DNA of 64,000 bases from sequence record SRR22947725_1818. One strand, given 5' to 3'. Positions 38,624 through 48,067 of the stretch are shown here, one piece after another. Made by a program: the position numbers and the translations under genes. The first letter of the stretch is position 1. Each line of letters begins with the position of its first letter. A model generated the notes under the pieces. It saw only the letters and a list, made by a program, of their open reading frames with translations, did not search any database and was not told the DNA's origin.

Positions 38624-39740
38624 TGCATGGTTCGAAGCGGCTCGATGCTCGCTCGACGAGTTCCGTGCCATCGTCGAGCGTCCAACCGATATCGATGACT
38701 ACCCGCATGCGAGCCGTAGCGAGCAGGGCGTGGTCATCTATGACGCTGCGGCGCTGAACCCGAGTAAAGAATGCCTCGGTGAGATCGCCGAGGTGCTCAG
38801 CAATGGTCCGGGCATCGTGGTGCTGGAGGGGGCAGTCGCACCTGGGACCGTCGATGCAGCAACGGTTGCGTTCGAGTCAATCATCGATGGCGAACGCGAG
38901 ACCAAGGGTGAGGTGGGTGACCACTTCGCGACGGCGGGCGACAACGATCGGGTATGGAACGCGCTCGAGAAACTGGCCATTGCCGACCCGGACGTGTTCG
39001 TCGACTACTACGCCAACGATGCGATTGCGTTGGCCTCGCTCGCGTGGCTCGGCCCCAACTATCAAATGACCTCACAGGTCAACGTTGTCAACCCGGGTGG
39101 GAAAGCGCAGCAGCCTCACCGCGATTACCACCTCGGGTTCATGGAGGACGACGTCGCCGAAGAATACCCGGCGCACATTCACCGATTGTCTCCGTTGCTC
39201 ACGCTGCAGGGCGCAGTGGCGCACTGCGACATGCCGATCGAGACGGGACCAACGATGTACATGCCGCATTCCCAGAAGTACGACGCCGGCTACGTGGCGT
39301 GGCGTCGAGATGATTTCAAGGAGTACTTCGCAGAGCACCATCGCCAGTTGCCGCTCGCAAAAGGTGATGCGGTGTTCTTCAACCCGGCCGTGTTCCACGG
39401 CGCTGGAACGAACCGAACCGCCGATGTCCGCCGCATGGCGAACCTGCTGCAGGTCAGTACCGCATTTGGTCGAGCCATGGAGGCGATCGACCGGCGGGCC
39501 ATGGTCAGAGCGATCTATCCGAGTTTGCTCGCGCGACTCGATGCCGGCGGCGATCGGGCCTGTCTCGATCGGGCCATTTCGGCTTCTGCAGAGGGATACG
39601 CTTTTCCGGGTGACCTCGACGCCGACCAACCAGTCGACGGACTGTCCTCGCCCTCCGACGCAGCGATCGTGCGTCGTGCGCTCGACGAGCGTCAGACACC
39701 TCAACAACTCGATGAACAACTGAAGGAACCAAAGCCATGA
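38616..39740 (+). CDS. Phytanoyl-CoA dioxygenase (PhyH) family Fe(II)/2-oxoglutarate oxygenase
   Basis: QQPHRDYH (HxD) and FHGAGTN (distal His), RMANLLQ; AAGGAGG RBS before ATG 38616. Confidence 0.9.
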   Translation: MADAWFEAARCSLDEFRAIVERPTDIDDYPHASRSEQGVVIYDAAALNPSKECLGEIAEVLSNGPGIVVLEGAVAPGTVDAATVAFESIIDGERETKGEVGDHFATAGDNDRVWNALEKLAIADPDVFVDYYANDAIALASLAWLGPNYQMTSQVNVVNPGGKAQQPHRDYHLGFMEDDVAEEYPAHIHRLSPLLTLQGAVAHCDMPIETGPTMYMPHSQKYDAGYVAWRRDDFKEYFAEHHRQLPLAKGDAVFFNPAVFHGAGTNRTADVRRMANLLQVSTAFGRAMEAIDRRAMVRAIYPSLLARLDAGGDRACLDRAISASAEGYAFPGDLDADQPVDGLSSPSDAAIVRRALDERQTPQQLDEQLKEPKP

Positions 39741-41221
39741 ACCGAATCAGTCACTGGATCGACGGTCGTGTCGTCGCATCGACGTCAGGCAACTCCGCTC
39801 CGGTCTATGACCCGGCGACCGGAACTCAGACCGGCGCGGTCGATCTCGCTTCGATTGCCGAAGTTGATGCCGCCGTTGCCGCGGCGGCCGCAGCGTTCCC
39901 GGCGTGGCGATCGACCTCGCTCTCGCGGCGCGCCGAGGTCCTCTTCCGTATGCGTGAGCTCGTCGACGCAAACCGCAAGGAAATCGCGATGCTGCTCACT
40001 GCTGAGCACGGCAAGGTCCTGTCCGACTCGCTCGGCGAGGTCGCGCGTGGTCTTGAGAACATCGAGTTTGCATGTGGCGTCCCGCAGCTCATCAAGGGTG
40101 ACTACTCCGAGCAGGCAGCGACTGGTGTCGACGTGTATTCGATCCGTCAACCGCTCGGCGTCGTTGCCGGCATCACGCCGTTCAACTTCCCGGCGATGGT
40201 TCCCATGTGGATGTTTGCCAATGCCCTCGCCTGCGGCAACACCTTCGTGCTCAAGCCGAGTGAGAAGGACCCCTCGGTGACGATGTTTATCGCCGAACTG
40301 CTCTCGAAGGCAGGGCTCCCGGACGGGTGCTTCAACATTGTGCAGGGTGACAAGGTGGCGGTCGACCGCTTGCTTGAACACGACGATGTCCAAGCAGTGA
40401 GCTTCGTGGGCTCGACGCCGATCGCGAAGTACATCTACGAAACCGGTACGAGCAACGGCAAGCGCGTGCAGGCGCTCGGCGGAGCGAAGAACCACATGCT
40501 GGTACTCGCTGACGCCGACATCTCGATGGCCGCCGACGCTGCGGTCAGCGCAGCCTACGGTTCGGCAGGGGAGCGCTGTATGGCAATCAGCGTCGTTCTG
40601 GCCGCCGACGGCATTGCTGACGAACTGGTTGGCGCGATCGCCGACCGCATTCCGAGAATCAAGGTCGGGAATGGAATGGAGTCAGACAGCGAGATGGGCC
40701 CACTGATCACCGCTGAGTCGCGCGATCGTGTGGTTGGCTACATCGACGGAGCACCCAACGAGGGCGCGACGGTCGTCGTCGACGGTCGCGAGAGAGTGCC
40801 TGCCGAGGGCTATTTCGTCAACCCGACGCTACTCGACAACGTGACGACCGAGATGGCGTCGTACCGCGACGAGATCTTTGGTCCGGTCCTCGGTGTGATG
40901 CGCGTGTCCGGCTTCGAAGAGGGCATCGACATCATCAACGCCAACCCGTACGCCAACGGCACGGCGATCTTCACCCGTGACGGTGGGGCCGCGCGTCAGT
41001 TCCAGTTCGACGTCCAGGTCGGTATGGTCGGCGTCAACGTGCCGGTTCCGGTGCCAGTGAGCTACTACAGCTTCGGCGGTTGGAAGGCGAGCCTGTTCGG
41101 CGACACGCACATGTACGGACCCGAGGGCATCAACTTCTACACCCGGGCCAAGGTCGTGACGAGCCGATGGCCAGACCCGGCGACCAGCTCAGTCGATCTC
41201 GGGTTCCCCGAGACTCGCTGA
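39737..41221 (+). CDS. iolA: CoA-acylating (methyl)malonate-semialdehyde dehydrogenase
   Basis: ITPFNFP, KPSEKDP, FVGSTP, GGAKNH, GERCMA, EIFGPV. Confidence 0.95.
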   Translation: MNRISHWIDGRVVASTSGNSAPVYDPATGTQTGAVDLASIAEVDAAVAAAAAAFPAWRSTSLSRRAEVLFRMRELVDANRKEIAMLLTAEHGKVLSDSLGEVARGLENIEFACGVPQLIKGDYSEQAATGVDVYSIRQPLGVVAGITPFNFPAMVPMWMFANALACGNTFVLKPSEKDPSVTMFIAELLSKAGLPDGCFNIVQGDKVAVDRLLEHDDVQAVSFVGSTPIAKYIYETGTSNGKRVQALGGAKNHMLVLADADISMAADAAVSAAYGSAGERCMAISVVLAADGIADELVGAIADRIPRIKVGNGMESDSEMGPLITAESRDRVVGYIDGAPNEGATVVVDGRERVPAEGYFVNPTLLDNVTTEMASYRDEIFGPVLGVMRVSGFEEGIDIINANPYANGTAIFTRDGGAARQFQFDVQVGMVGVNVPVPVPVSYYSFGGWKASLFGDTHMYGPEGINFYTRAKVVTSRWPDPATSSVDLGFPETR

Positions 41222-41740
41222 CGACACAAAGTCGCGTACTTGCCGCGAGGATCGGAGTCGGCGGACGTCGGCGTGGGCCCAGAAGTCGCCTGCGGCGAAC
41301 CCGGTGTAGCGCTGTGTATGCACACCGTGGTAGGTCCACGCCCAGACGATGATGTTGTCCTCAGGGTCGCGCTTGATCAGGTTCCGCCATCGCTCGCGAT
41401 TGCCGTTCCACAGTTCCTCGCGTTTCGCGGCACGGTGAATGCTGCGTTTGATCACGCGCCAGGTGACGAGCCAGCGCGGCATGTCAAGCCACACGATTGT
41501 GTCGGCACTGCCCTGGGTCAGGTCCATCACCACGGAGTAATTGCCTGCTACCACCCAGCGATCCGTGTCGAGCGCCGCTGCGACTTCGGCACGAAACTGT
41601 GTCGTCGGCGTCGGCGTCCAGTCGGGCTTGTGGAAGATCGCGTCGAGTTCGACGAGGCGGGCGTCGAATTGTGCGGCGAGTTGTGCTGCGAGCGTCGACT
41701 TGCCTGACCCGGACGCGCCGACGATCGTCACTCGTCGCAC
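41189..41740 (-). CDS. P-loop kinase (adenylate kinase/FlaR-like)
   Basis: IVGASGSGKST, ELDAIFH, WVVAGNY, ADTIVWLD, LWNGNRE; start trimmed to GTG 41740. Confidence 0.85.
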   Translation of the reverse strand: MRRVTIVGASGSGKSTLAAQLAAQFDARLVELDAIFHKPDWTPTPTTQFRAEVAAALDTDRWVVAGNYSVVMDLTQGSADTIVWLDMPRWLVTWRVIKRSIHRAAKREELWNGNRERWRNLIKRDPEDNIIVWAWTYHGVHTQRYTGFAAGDFWAHADVRRLRSSRQVRDFVSSASLGEPEID

Positions 41741-41882
41741 AGCGCGTCGACGATCATTGCGATGATGGTGTGAACCGGCGGTCTCAAGAACGGTCCGGCA
41801 GGGTGCCCCATGGCTGCAGAGTCTGCCATTCAGGACGAAAGCCCCTTCAATCGTTAAGGCCTTGATGATTATGTTGGTCGTC

Positions 41883-42908
41883 ATGGCCCCAAAGACGCAA
41901 CTCGCACTCGAGATGGAATTTCCGCCGACCACCGACCAGCCAAACGTGTTTCCGCTGAGCTGGCACGCTGGCACCGCGAAGATGGAAGAGATCTGGTCGG
42001 CGAGCCAACGTGAGGTGTGGGATCCGGCCCAGCTGTCGTGGGACACCTTCGACCCCGAGTCGTACACGTGGGAAGAGCGCGAGGCAATCGCCTACTGGTG
42101 GACGCTGCTCTCGGTCTTTGATGCATCGGCACCTCCGGTGTTTGCTGAAGCGTTTGTCAAGACGTACGAAGTGCATGAGGAAGACGCGGTGCGTCGGTGC
42201 TTCTTTTCCGTCACCCGTGACGAGCAGAACCGCGAGCAAATGTGCGGCATGGCCATCACCAAGATGCTCGGCTGGCCCGACCCGCTCACCTACGAACCGA
42301 AGACCGACCTCGGCATGCGGGCCCAGCGCAATGTGAAGTGGTTGTACTTCAACGGCGATCGCTACTGGGACGGTTTCAAGCAGGCGGTACCGAAGTACTC
42401 GCTCGCTGTATTGTTCTCGTCGTTCCTGATGGGAGAGATCGCGGCAGCGACCATCTTCCACCAGATAGCCGAAGGTGCCCGCGAGCCAGTCTTCGAAGAA
42501 GCGTTCACGCATATCGGACGCGATGAGGGTCGCCATATGGCGATCTGCATGGCGCTCATGGAGCGTGACTACCCGCATCTTGACGTCACCGACCGCGAGC
42601 TGATCACGAAGCTAATCCGAGCCGGTTACCTCTTCCTGTCGGCCGTGCTGTTCGAGCCGCCGGAAGCTTTTTGGGACCTGCCGTCTGACTTCATCGAGGT
42701 GCAGCGGAGTTGTGAGGCGGTCGCCCGCGATGCCGGGTTCCATATCCCCGAGTTCAACGAGAAGAAAGAGAACTGGCGCCAGGCAATCCTGAACCTGAAG
42801 GCGGTGCTCGACAAGTACGACATCCCCTTCCCGGCGATTCCTGAGCTGCGGATCAGCGGCCAGGAGGTCAACGACATCGATCTCGAAGACATCATCCCCG
42901 TCTTCTGA
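41883..42908 (+). CDS. Ferritin-like diiron protein (putative oxygenase)
   Basis: WDP..L.W N-terminus; four-helix ligand pattern D..DEQNR..GE..DEGRH; start ATG 41883. Confidence 0.75.
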   Translation: MAPKTQLALEMEFPPTTDQPNVFPLSWHAGTAKMEEIWSASQREVWDPAQLSWDTFDPESYTWEEREAIAYWWTLLSVFDASAPPVFAEAFVKTYEVHEEDAVRRCFFSVTRDEQNREQMCGMAITKMLGWPDPLTYEPKTDLGMRAQRNVKWLYFNGDRYWDGFKQAVPKYSLAVLFSSFLMGEIAAATIFHQIAEGAREPVFEEAFTHIGRDEGRHMAICMALMERDYPHLDVTDRELITKLIRAGYLFLSAVLFEPPEAFWDLPSDFIEVQRSCEAVARDAGFHIPEFNEKKENWRQAILNLKAVLDKYDIPFPAIPELRISGQEVNDIDLEDIIPVF

Positions 42909-43975
42909 TGAGCGCAGGGGAACAGGTCATCCGGCTCGCACCGTCGGGCAAGGATGTGCGCTGCGAGCCAGGCGACACAGTCTTAGGCGCGCTCGAACGG
43001 GGCGGCTACGCGCTGCCGAACAACTGTCGAGCCGGGGCCTGCGGTGAGTGCAAAACCAAGGTGGTCGGTGGCGACGTCGATCAGGGCATGGTGCTTGATA
43101 TGGCGCTTTCGGCCGACGAGCGCGCCGATGGATATCGACTGTTGTGCATGGCCAAGCCGACGACCGATGTGGTCGAGATCGAGTTCGGCACCGACGACGC
43201 CATGCCGAAGCTCTTTCCGCCACGCGACCGCGTGCTGTCGGTCGTGACCGAGAAGATCGTGCGGACACCCAAGATTGTCGAGCTGCGAATCCGGCCGATC
43301 GGTGACCCAATTCGGTACTGGCCGGGCCAGTACCTGATGGTGGGTGACGACATGGCCGGCGCCCCGCCGCGCCCATACTCAATCGCCAACGCGCCGCGAC
43401 CCGACGGCGAAGTGGTGCTGCTTGTGGCTCGGGTTCCTGACGGAGCAACGAGCAATTGGATTCACGATCAGCTCGCCGTGGGTGATCGCATCGCCGTCGC
43501 CGGCCCCTATGGCACCTTTATCGGCGATCCGGGCACTGACACGCCGGTGCTGTGCCTTGCAGCCGGATCCGGACTCGCCCCAATTCTGGCGCTCGCTGAC
43601 GGTGCTCTTCGACGCGGTTTTAAACATCCGGTGACGCTGCTGTATTCGGCGCGGACGCACGACGACGTGTTCGACGAAGGCCTCATGGCGTGGTGGAGAG
43701 CGAAACACCGACGCTTCGAATTTCGAGTGACCTACACCGGTGAGGATCCTCCGGACGGGGCGAAGTTCACGGGCCGCATTCCCGACATGCTCAACGACGC
43801 GTTCCCTGACCTGAGTGGGCACGGCATCTTCATTGCCGGCAGCCCCGACTTCGTTGATGCGTCGGCCGAAGCGGCACGCCTGCTCGGCGCGACCAGCGAG
43901 CAGATCTTTGTCGAGCGCTACCACCCGCAGTCCCCGGCCGTGACAGCGTCGCCCGAGCGTTTGGCTCGTACATGA
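42908..43975 (+). CDS. [2Fe-2S]/FAD/NAD(P)H oxygenase reductase
   Basis: CRAGACGEC..LLC plant-type ferredoxin, RPYSIAN, GPYGTF, AAGSGLAP, AGSP; TGATG coupling. Confidence 0.93.
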   Translation: MSAGEQVIRLAPSGKDVRCEPGDTVLGALERGGYALPNNCRAGACGECKTKVVGGDVDQGMVLDMALSADERADGYRLLCMAKPTTDVVEIEFGTDDAMPKLFPPRDRVLSVVTEKIVRTPKIVELRIRPIGDPIRYWPGQYLMVGDDMAGAPPRPYSIANAPRPDGEVVLLVARVPDGATSNWIHDQLAVGDRIAVAGPYGTFIGDPGTDTPVLCLAAGSGLAPILALADGALRRGFKHPVTLLYSARTHDDVFDEGLMAWWRAKHRRFEFRVTYTGEDPPDGAKFTGRIPDMLNDAFPDLSGHGIFIAGSPDFVDASAEAARLLGATSEQIFVERYHPQSPAVTASPERLART

Positions 43976-44020
43976 CGCTGTTGTGCGACACCACGGCGCG
44001 CGTGGCTTAGGGTCGCAGTC

Positions 44021-44527
44021 ATGCATGTACTGGTCGCAACGGACGGCACCCTGGACATCACGCTGGCTGCCACGATGGCCGCGCGCCTCGCCGGCGAAAC
44101 AGGACGCGTCACGGTCTTCACCGCCGTCGAGGTGCCGCGGCAGATTCTGAGTGACCTGCGGAGTGCATCGTCGCCGGATGCTGATCCTGCACATGCCGGT
44201 GTGGCCTACCGCCGAGAACAAGCTGGTGATGCTGCGGCTGGCCATTGGATTGGTGACGATGCGTTCATTGCGCAGTATGTCGACCGTGTCGTGGCGAGCC
44301 GTACAGCTGCACTTGTCGCTGAAGTCAAAGCCGCTGGTGTCGACGTCGTCGCCACCGGTGTTGAAGGCGAGAGCGCAGCGCGATCCGTGCTCGAAGCGGT
44401 GAGCGAGCACAAGCCGGACTTGTTGTGCGTCGGGACGCACGGCCTTGGGCGTTTCGAAGGACTGCTTGGTTCATTGTCGACCAAGTTGGCGCGGCTTGCG
44501 CCCTGCCCGGTCCTGCTGCTGCGCTGA
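44021..44527 (+). CDS. Universal stress protein
   Basis: VLVATDG, VGTHGLG..LLGSLS, APCPVLLLR. Confidence 0.92.
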   Translation: MHVLVATDGTLDITLAATMAARLAGETGRVTVFTAVEVPRQILSDLRSASSPDADPAHAGVAYRREQAGDAAAGHWIGDDAFIAQYVDRVVASRTAALVAEVKAAGVDVVATGVEGESAARSVLEAVSEHKPDLLCVGTHGLGRFEGLLGSLSTKLARLAPCPVLLLR

Positions 44528-44535
44528 GTCGTCGG

Positions 44536-46320
44536 TCAGTTGATCCGACCGGCTGCCCGGGCCGCCTCTTCGGCTGCGTTCAGTTGGCCTTCCACAATCT
44601 TGATGCCATTGGCCCAAAAGTTTGGATCAGCGAGGTCGCAGCCGACGATCTTGCCGAGTTCTTCAGGGGAGCGGCTCCCTCCGGCGCGAAGGAGGTCGAG
44701 GTATGCGGGAACGAACGCATCGCCCTCTTCGATATATCGGGCGTACACCGACAACGCGAGCAGCTGACCGTACGCGTAGGCGTAGACGTAGCCAGGTGTC
44801 CCCATGAAGTGAGGGACGTAGCTCCACCAACTGCGGTACCCCTCGGTGACCTCGACCGAGTCGCCGAGCATGTCGTGTTGGCTCTGTGCCCAGAGCTCAC
44901 CGAACTGCTCCACAGACAACTCGCCGTCGTTGCGCCGCGCCGTGTGGCACGAGTCTTCGAAGCGATTCATTGCCACCTGTCGGAAGACGGTGGCAATGGA
45001 ATCTTCGAGCGTGCTGGCGAGGAGCGCGAAGCGTTCCGTCGGGTCGTCAAGGGTTGCAAGCAATCGACTGCTGGTGACGGTCTCGCCAAAGACTGATGCA
45101 GTTTCGGCAACAGTGAGCGGCGTCGACTGGTGGAAGATGCCCTGCTCGCGGGCGAGCTGAAAATGCGCTCCATGTCCAAGCTCGTGGGCGAGTGTTGCAA
45201 CGTCGCGTGACGTGCCGGTCCAATTGAGGAACACGTACGGGTGGTGCGATGGGGTGACAGGCGCAGCGAACGCACCGCCGCGCTTTCCGGGTCGGACCGG
45301 GGCGTCGATCCACGGCTCGTCAAGGAAGCGCCCGACGACGTCGGCGAGTTCGGGCGAGAACGAGTTGTAGGCGTCGCGAACGATGCTCACGCCTTCATCC
45401 CAACGAAACTCTTGCTCGGTGTCGGCCACCGACGCCATGCGGTCGTAGTCGGCGAGCTTGTCGATTCCCAGGACTTGTGCTTTGAGCCGATACCAGCGCT
45501 GGGGGAGCGAGTAGTTGCTCACCACTGCCTCAATCAGGGCGTTGACCGATTCGTCGGAGGCCTCGTTGGCGAGGTTGCGGGATGAAATCCAGGTGTTGTA
45601 GCCGCGCTGGCGATCGCTGATCGACTTGTCGAGCAGCAGTGTGTTGAACACGTAGGCCCGTGTCCGGAGTCCTGGTGCGAGCCCCGCGGTGACGCCTTCG
45701 GCCGCCTGCTGACGGATGCTGCGGTCGGGGTGGGAGAGCAGCGAGAGGGCCTCCATCAGAGAGACTCCGGTCCCGCCGTGCTCGTCGGGGACGTCGACCT
45801 CGATTGCCGAGGTCAACTCGTCAAACAGCCGAACCCAGGCAGCTCCGCCGACCTGTGCTTTGTCAGCCAGCACGGTTTCTTCGGCCTCGCTGAGCAGATG
45901 GGGCCGCTCGAGGCGGACCTGTTCGAGATGATGGCGGCAGAAGTCGAGGCGATTGTCACCGATGATGCCGGCGACATGCTCGTCATCTGCGGCTGCCCAC
46001 TCGAGCTCGAAGAAGATCAGCATCGTGTTGATCTGTGTTGCGCGCTGCTGCGAGTGCGCCATCGCTGCGCCGCGAGCAGGATCACTGGTGTCGGTACTGA
46101 ACGAGAGCATCGGGTGGTACCCCGCCCGAGCCAGCAGATCCATCACGGTCGCCATGGAGTGCATCGCGTCGGCCAGCTGGCCGGCATCGAGTGTGCCAAC
46201 CCGCCCGCGGAGGTCTGTGAGTTCGGTGGCAGACGATTCGGCAGCGTCGAACAGTTCGTCGATGGAACGACCATCGAGGATCGAGTCGATGTCCCAGGCA
46301 ACGTTGGTGACGTCAGTCAT
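44536..46320 (-). CDS. pepF: M3B oligoendopeptidase F
   Basis: WID..GKRGGAF, TLAHELGHGAH, AETASVFGE, PHF..YVYAYAYG; start trimmed to ATG 46320. Confidence 0.92.
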   Translation of the reverse strand: MTDVTNVAWDIDSILDGRSIDELFDAAESSATELTDLRGRVGTLDAGQLADAMHSMATVMDLLARAGYHPMLSFSTDTSDPARGAAMAHSQQRATQINTMLIFFELEWAAADDEHVAGIIGDNRLDFCRHHLEQVRLERPHLLSEAEETVLADKAQVGGAAWVRLFDELTSAIEVDVPDEHGGTGVSLMEALSLLSHPDRSIRQQAAEGVTAGLAPGLRTRAYVFNTLLLDKSISDRQRGYNTWISSRNLANEASDESVNALIEAVVSNYSLPQRWYRLKAQVLGIDKLADYDRMASVADTEQEFRWDEGVSIVRDAYNSFSPELADVVGRFLDEPWIDAPVRPGKRGGAFAAPVTPSHHPYVFLNWTGTSRDVATLAHELGHGAHFQLAREQGIFHQSTPLTVAETASVFGETVTSSRLLATLDDPTERFALLASTLEDSIATVFRQVAMNRFEDSCHTARRNDGELSVEQFGELWAQSQHDMLGDSVEVTEGYRSWWSYVPHFMGTPGYVYAYAYGQLLALSVYARYIEEGDAFVPAYLDLLRAGGSRSPEELGKIVGCDLADPNFWANGIKIVEGQLNAAEEAARAAGRIN

Positions 46321-47102
46321 GCGTTGTTCCTCCGAGTGAAGACCGGTTCGTCCGGGGTCGACTGTGCGGCGTCGAAGCGATATCCGTTGTTGTCGAATGC
46401 AGTGAGCGCCTTGGCGGTGGTGATCCGTTCCCTGACGATCCAACCGGCCATGGCGCCTCGTGCTTGTTTGGCGAAGAAGCTGACGATCTTGAAGTCGCCA
46501 TCACCTTTCGCGTCGAGGAAGCGTGGTGTGATGATCCGGCCGTCAAAGCGTTCGGGCTGGACGACCGAGAAATACTCGTTGGAGGCGAGGTTGACGAGCA
46601 CCTTTGCTCCCGGCGATTCGGCGAGCGCTGCATTGAGCTGGTCGGTGACTTCATCGCCCCAGTAGCTGTAGAGGTCGCCACCGTTGTCGTGCGTGAGTTT
46701 GGATCCCATCTCGAGCCGGTAGGGCTGAATGAGGTCGAGTGGCCGCAAAACGCCGTGGAGGCCGGACAGAATGCGCAGCACCTTCTGGGAATGCGTGTAG
46801 TCGCGCTCGCTGAACGAGCACGCCGCGTCGAGGCCGGTGTACGTGTCGCCGTCGAATGCCAGGACGGCAGGACGAGCGTTGTCTGGAGTGAATGGTGTCG
46901 TCCAGTCTTGGAAACGTTCGTGGTTGAGGTCCGCGAGCGATGCCGAGATTGACATCATCTTCGACAGCTGGTCCGGAGATTTCTCGGCCATCAGGCCGAC
47001 GAGTTCTTCGGAGCGGTCGATGAGGATGGGCTGGCTGTGCTTCGACGTCGGCAATGGCGACTCGAAGTCCAGCGCCTTGGCGGGTGAGACCACGATCAAC
47101 AT
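46317..47102 (-). CDS. yaaA: Peroxide stress protein YaaA
   Basis: MLIVVSPAK, LRILSGLHGVLRPLD..YRLEMG, NLASNEY, SFFAKQARG; start trimmed to ATG 47102. Confidence 0.95.
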   Translation of the reverse strand: MLIVVSPAKALDFESPLPTSKHSQPILIDRSEELVGLMAEKSPDQLSKMMSISASLADLNHERFQDWTTPFTPDNARPAVLAFDGDTYTGLDAACSFSERDYTHSQKVLRILSGLHGVLRPLDLIQPYRLEMGSKLTHDNGGDLYSYWGDEVTDQLNAALAESPGAKVLVNLASNEYFSVVQPERFDGRIITPRFLDAKGDGDFKIVSFFAKQARGAMAGWIVRERITTAKALTAFDNNGYRFDAAQSTPDEPVFTRRNNA

Positions 47103-47148
47103 GCCCTCTGGTCTATCTGAACTGGGGCGGCCGTGGGACACTCAGGTG

Positions 47149-48027
47149 ATGAGTGGACCATCAATCACGCTGATCGGGCCAGGAGCAATTGGAGCTGCGC
47201 TGGCCGCAGGCCTGGTCGAAACCGGTCATGACCCGACGCTGGTCACGCGTACCCCGTTCGACCGGCTGCGTGTCGAATGGCCCCTCGGGTCGATCGACGT
47301 CGAGGTGAACTGCGTGGCCATGGTGGAGGCCATCGGGCCAGCTGATGTGGTGATCGTCGCCACCAAGGCAACGCAGAATGCTGCTGTTCTTGAGTATGTC
47401 CGCGCCGCAGTTCGTCCCGACTCAGTCCTGCTGATCGCCCAGAACGGGGTCGATCACCTCGATCGGTTCGACATCGAGTGCGGCATCGTTCCTGCCATCG
47501 TGATGCTGCCGTCTGAGCGCACTGGGCCCGGCCAGGCCCAAGTCGGATCGCCGTCTCGGCTTGTGATCCCAGATGGACCAGCCTCAGCCACCGTGCAGTC
47601 GATCTTCGAGGGCTCCTTCATCGATGTCGAATTGACCGCAGACTGGACATCGGTGGCCTGGCTCAAGCTGATGATGAATGCGGCGGTCGGCGGAATTGGC
47701 GTCCTGACTGGACGCGGATCAGACGTCTTTCGCGACAGCGACGCCTTGAGTCTGCTGGAGGCATTGATGGAAGAAGTGGCGACGGTCGGTCGTGCCGAGG
47801 GTGCGGTGCTTCCTGATGAATTGCCGTCCCGACTCCGGCGGTATCAGGAAAAGAACGCTGGCGGGCACACCACGTCGATCGTGGTCGATCGGCTCGCCGG
47901 ACGATCCACCGAATGGCGCGAGCGCAATCAGGTTGTGGTCGACGCGGCCAGCCGACACGGCATCGACGTTCCACTCAATACGACGGTCGCGACGTTGATG
48001 CGCTTGGGCGAGCCGCGGCCAGCCTGA
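47149..48027 (+). CDS. panE: Ketopantoate reductase family protein
   Basis: IGPGAIG, ATKA, QNGV, WLKLMMN, TSIVVD; start trimmed to ATG 47149. Confidence 0.85.
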   Translation: MSGPSITLIGPGAIGAALAAGLVETGHDPTLVTRTPFDRLRVEWPLGSIDVEVNCVAMVEAIGPADVVIVATKATQNAAVLEYVRAAVRPDSVLLIAQNGVDHLDRFDIECGIVPAIVMLPSERTGPGQAQVGSPSRLVIPDGPASATVQSIFEGSFIDVELTADWTSVAWLKLMMNAAVGGIGVLTGRGSDVFRDSDALSLLEALMEEVATVGRAEGAVLPDELPSRLRRYQEKNAGGHTTSIVVDRLAGRSTEWRERNQVVVDAASRHGIDVPLNTTVATLMRLGEPRPA

Positions 48028-48067
48028 ACTCGCTCGGCTTGGCCGGTCGTTTGTTACGTTCGAGACC

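Noticed and set aside
41741-41882. Structured RNA upstream of the diiron gene
   Set aside because: Only short GC-rich stems expected by chance, and the gene appears leaderless
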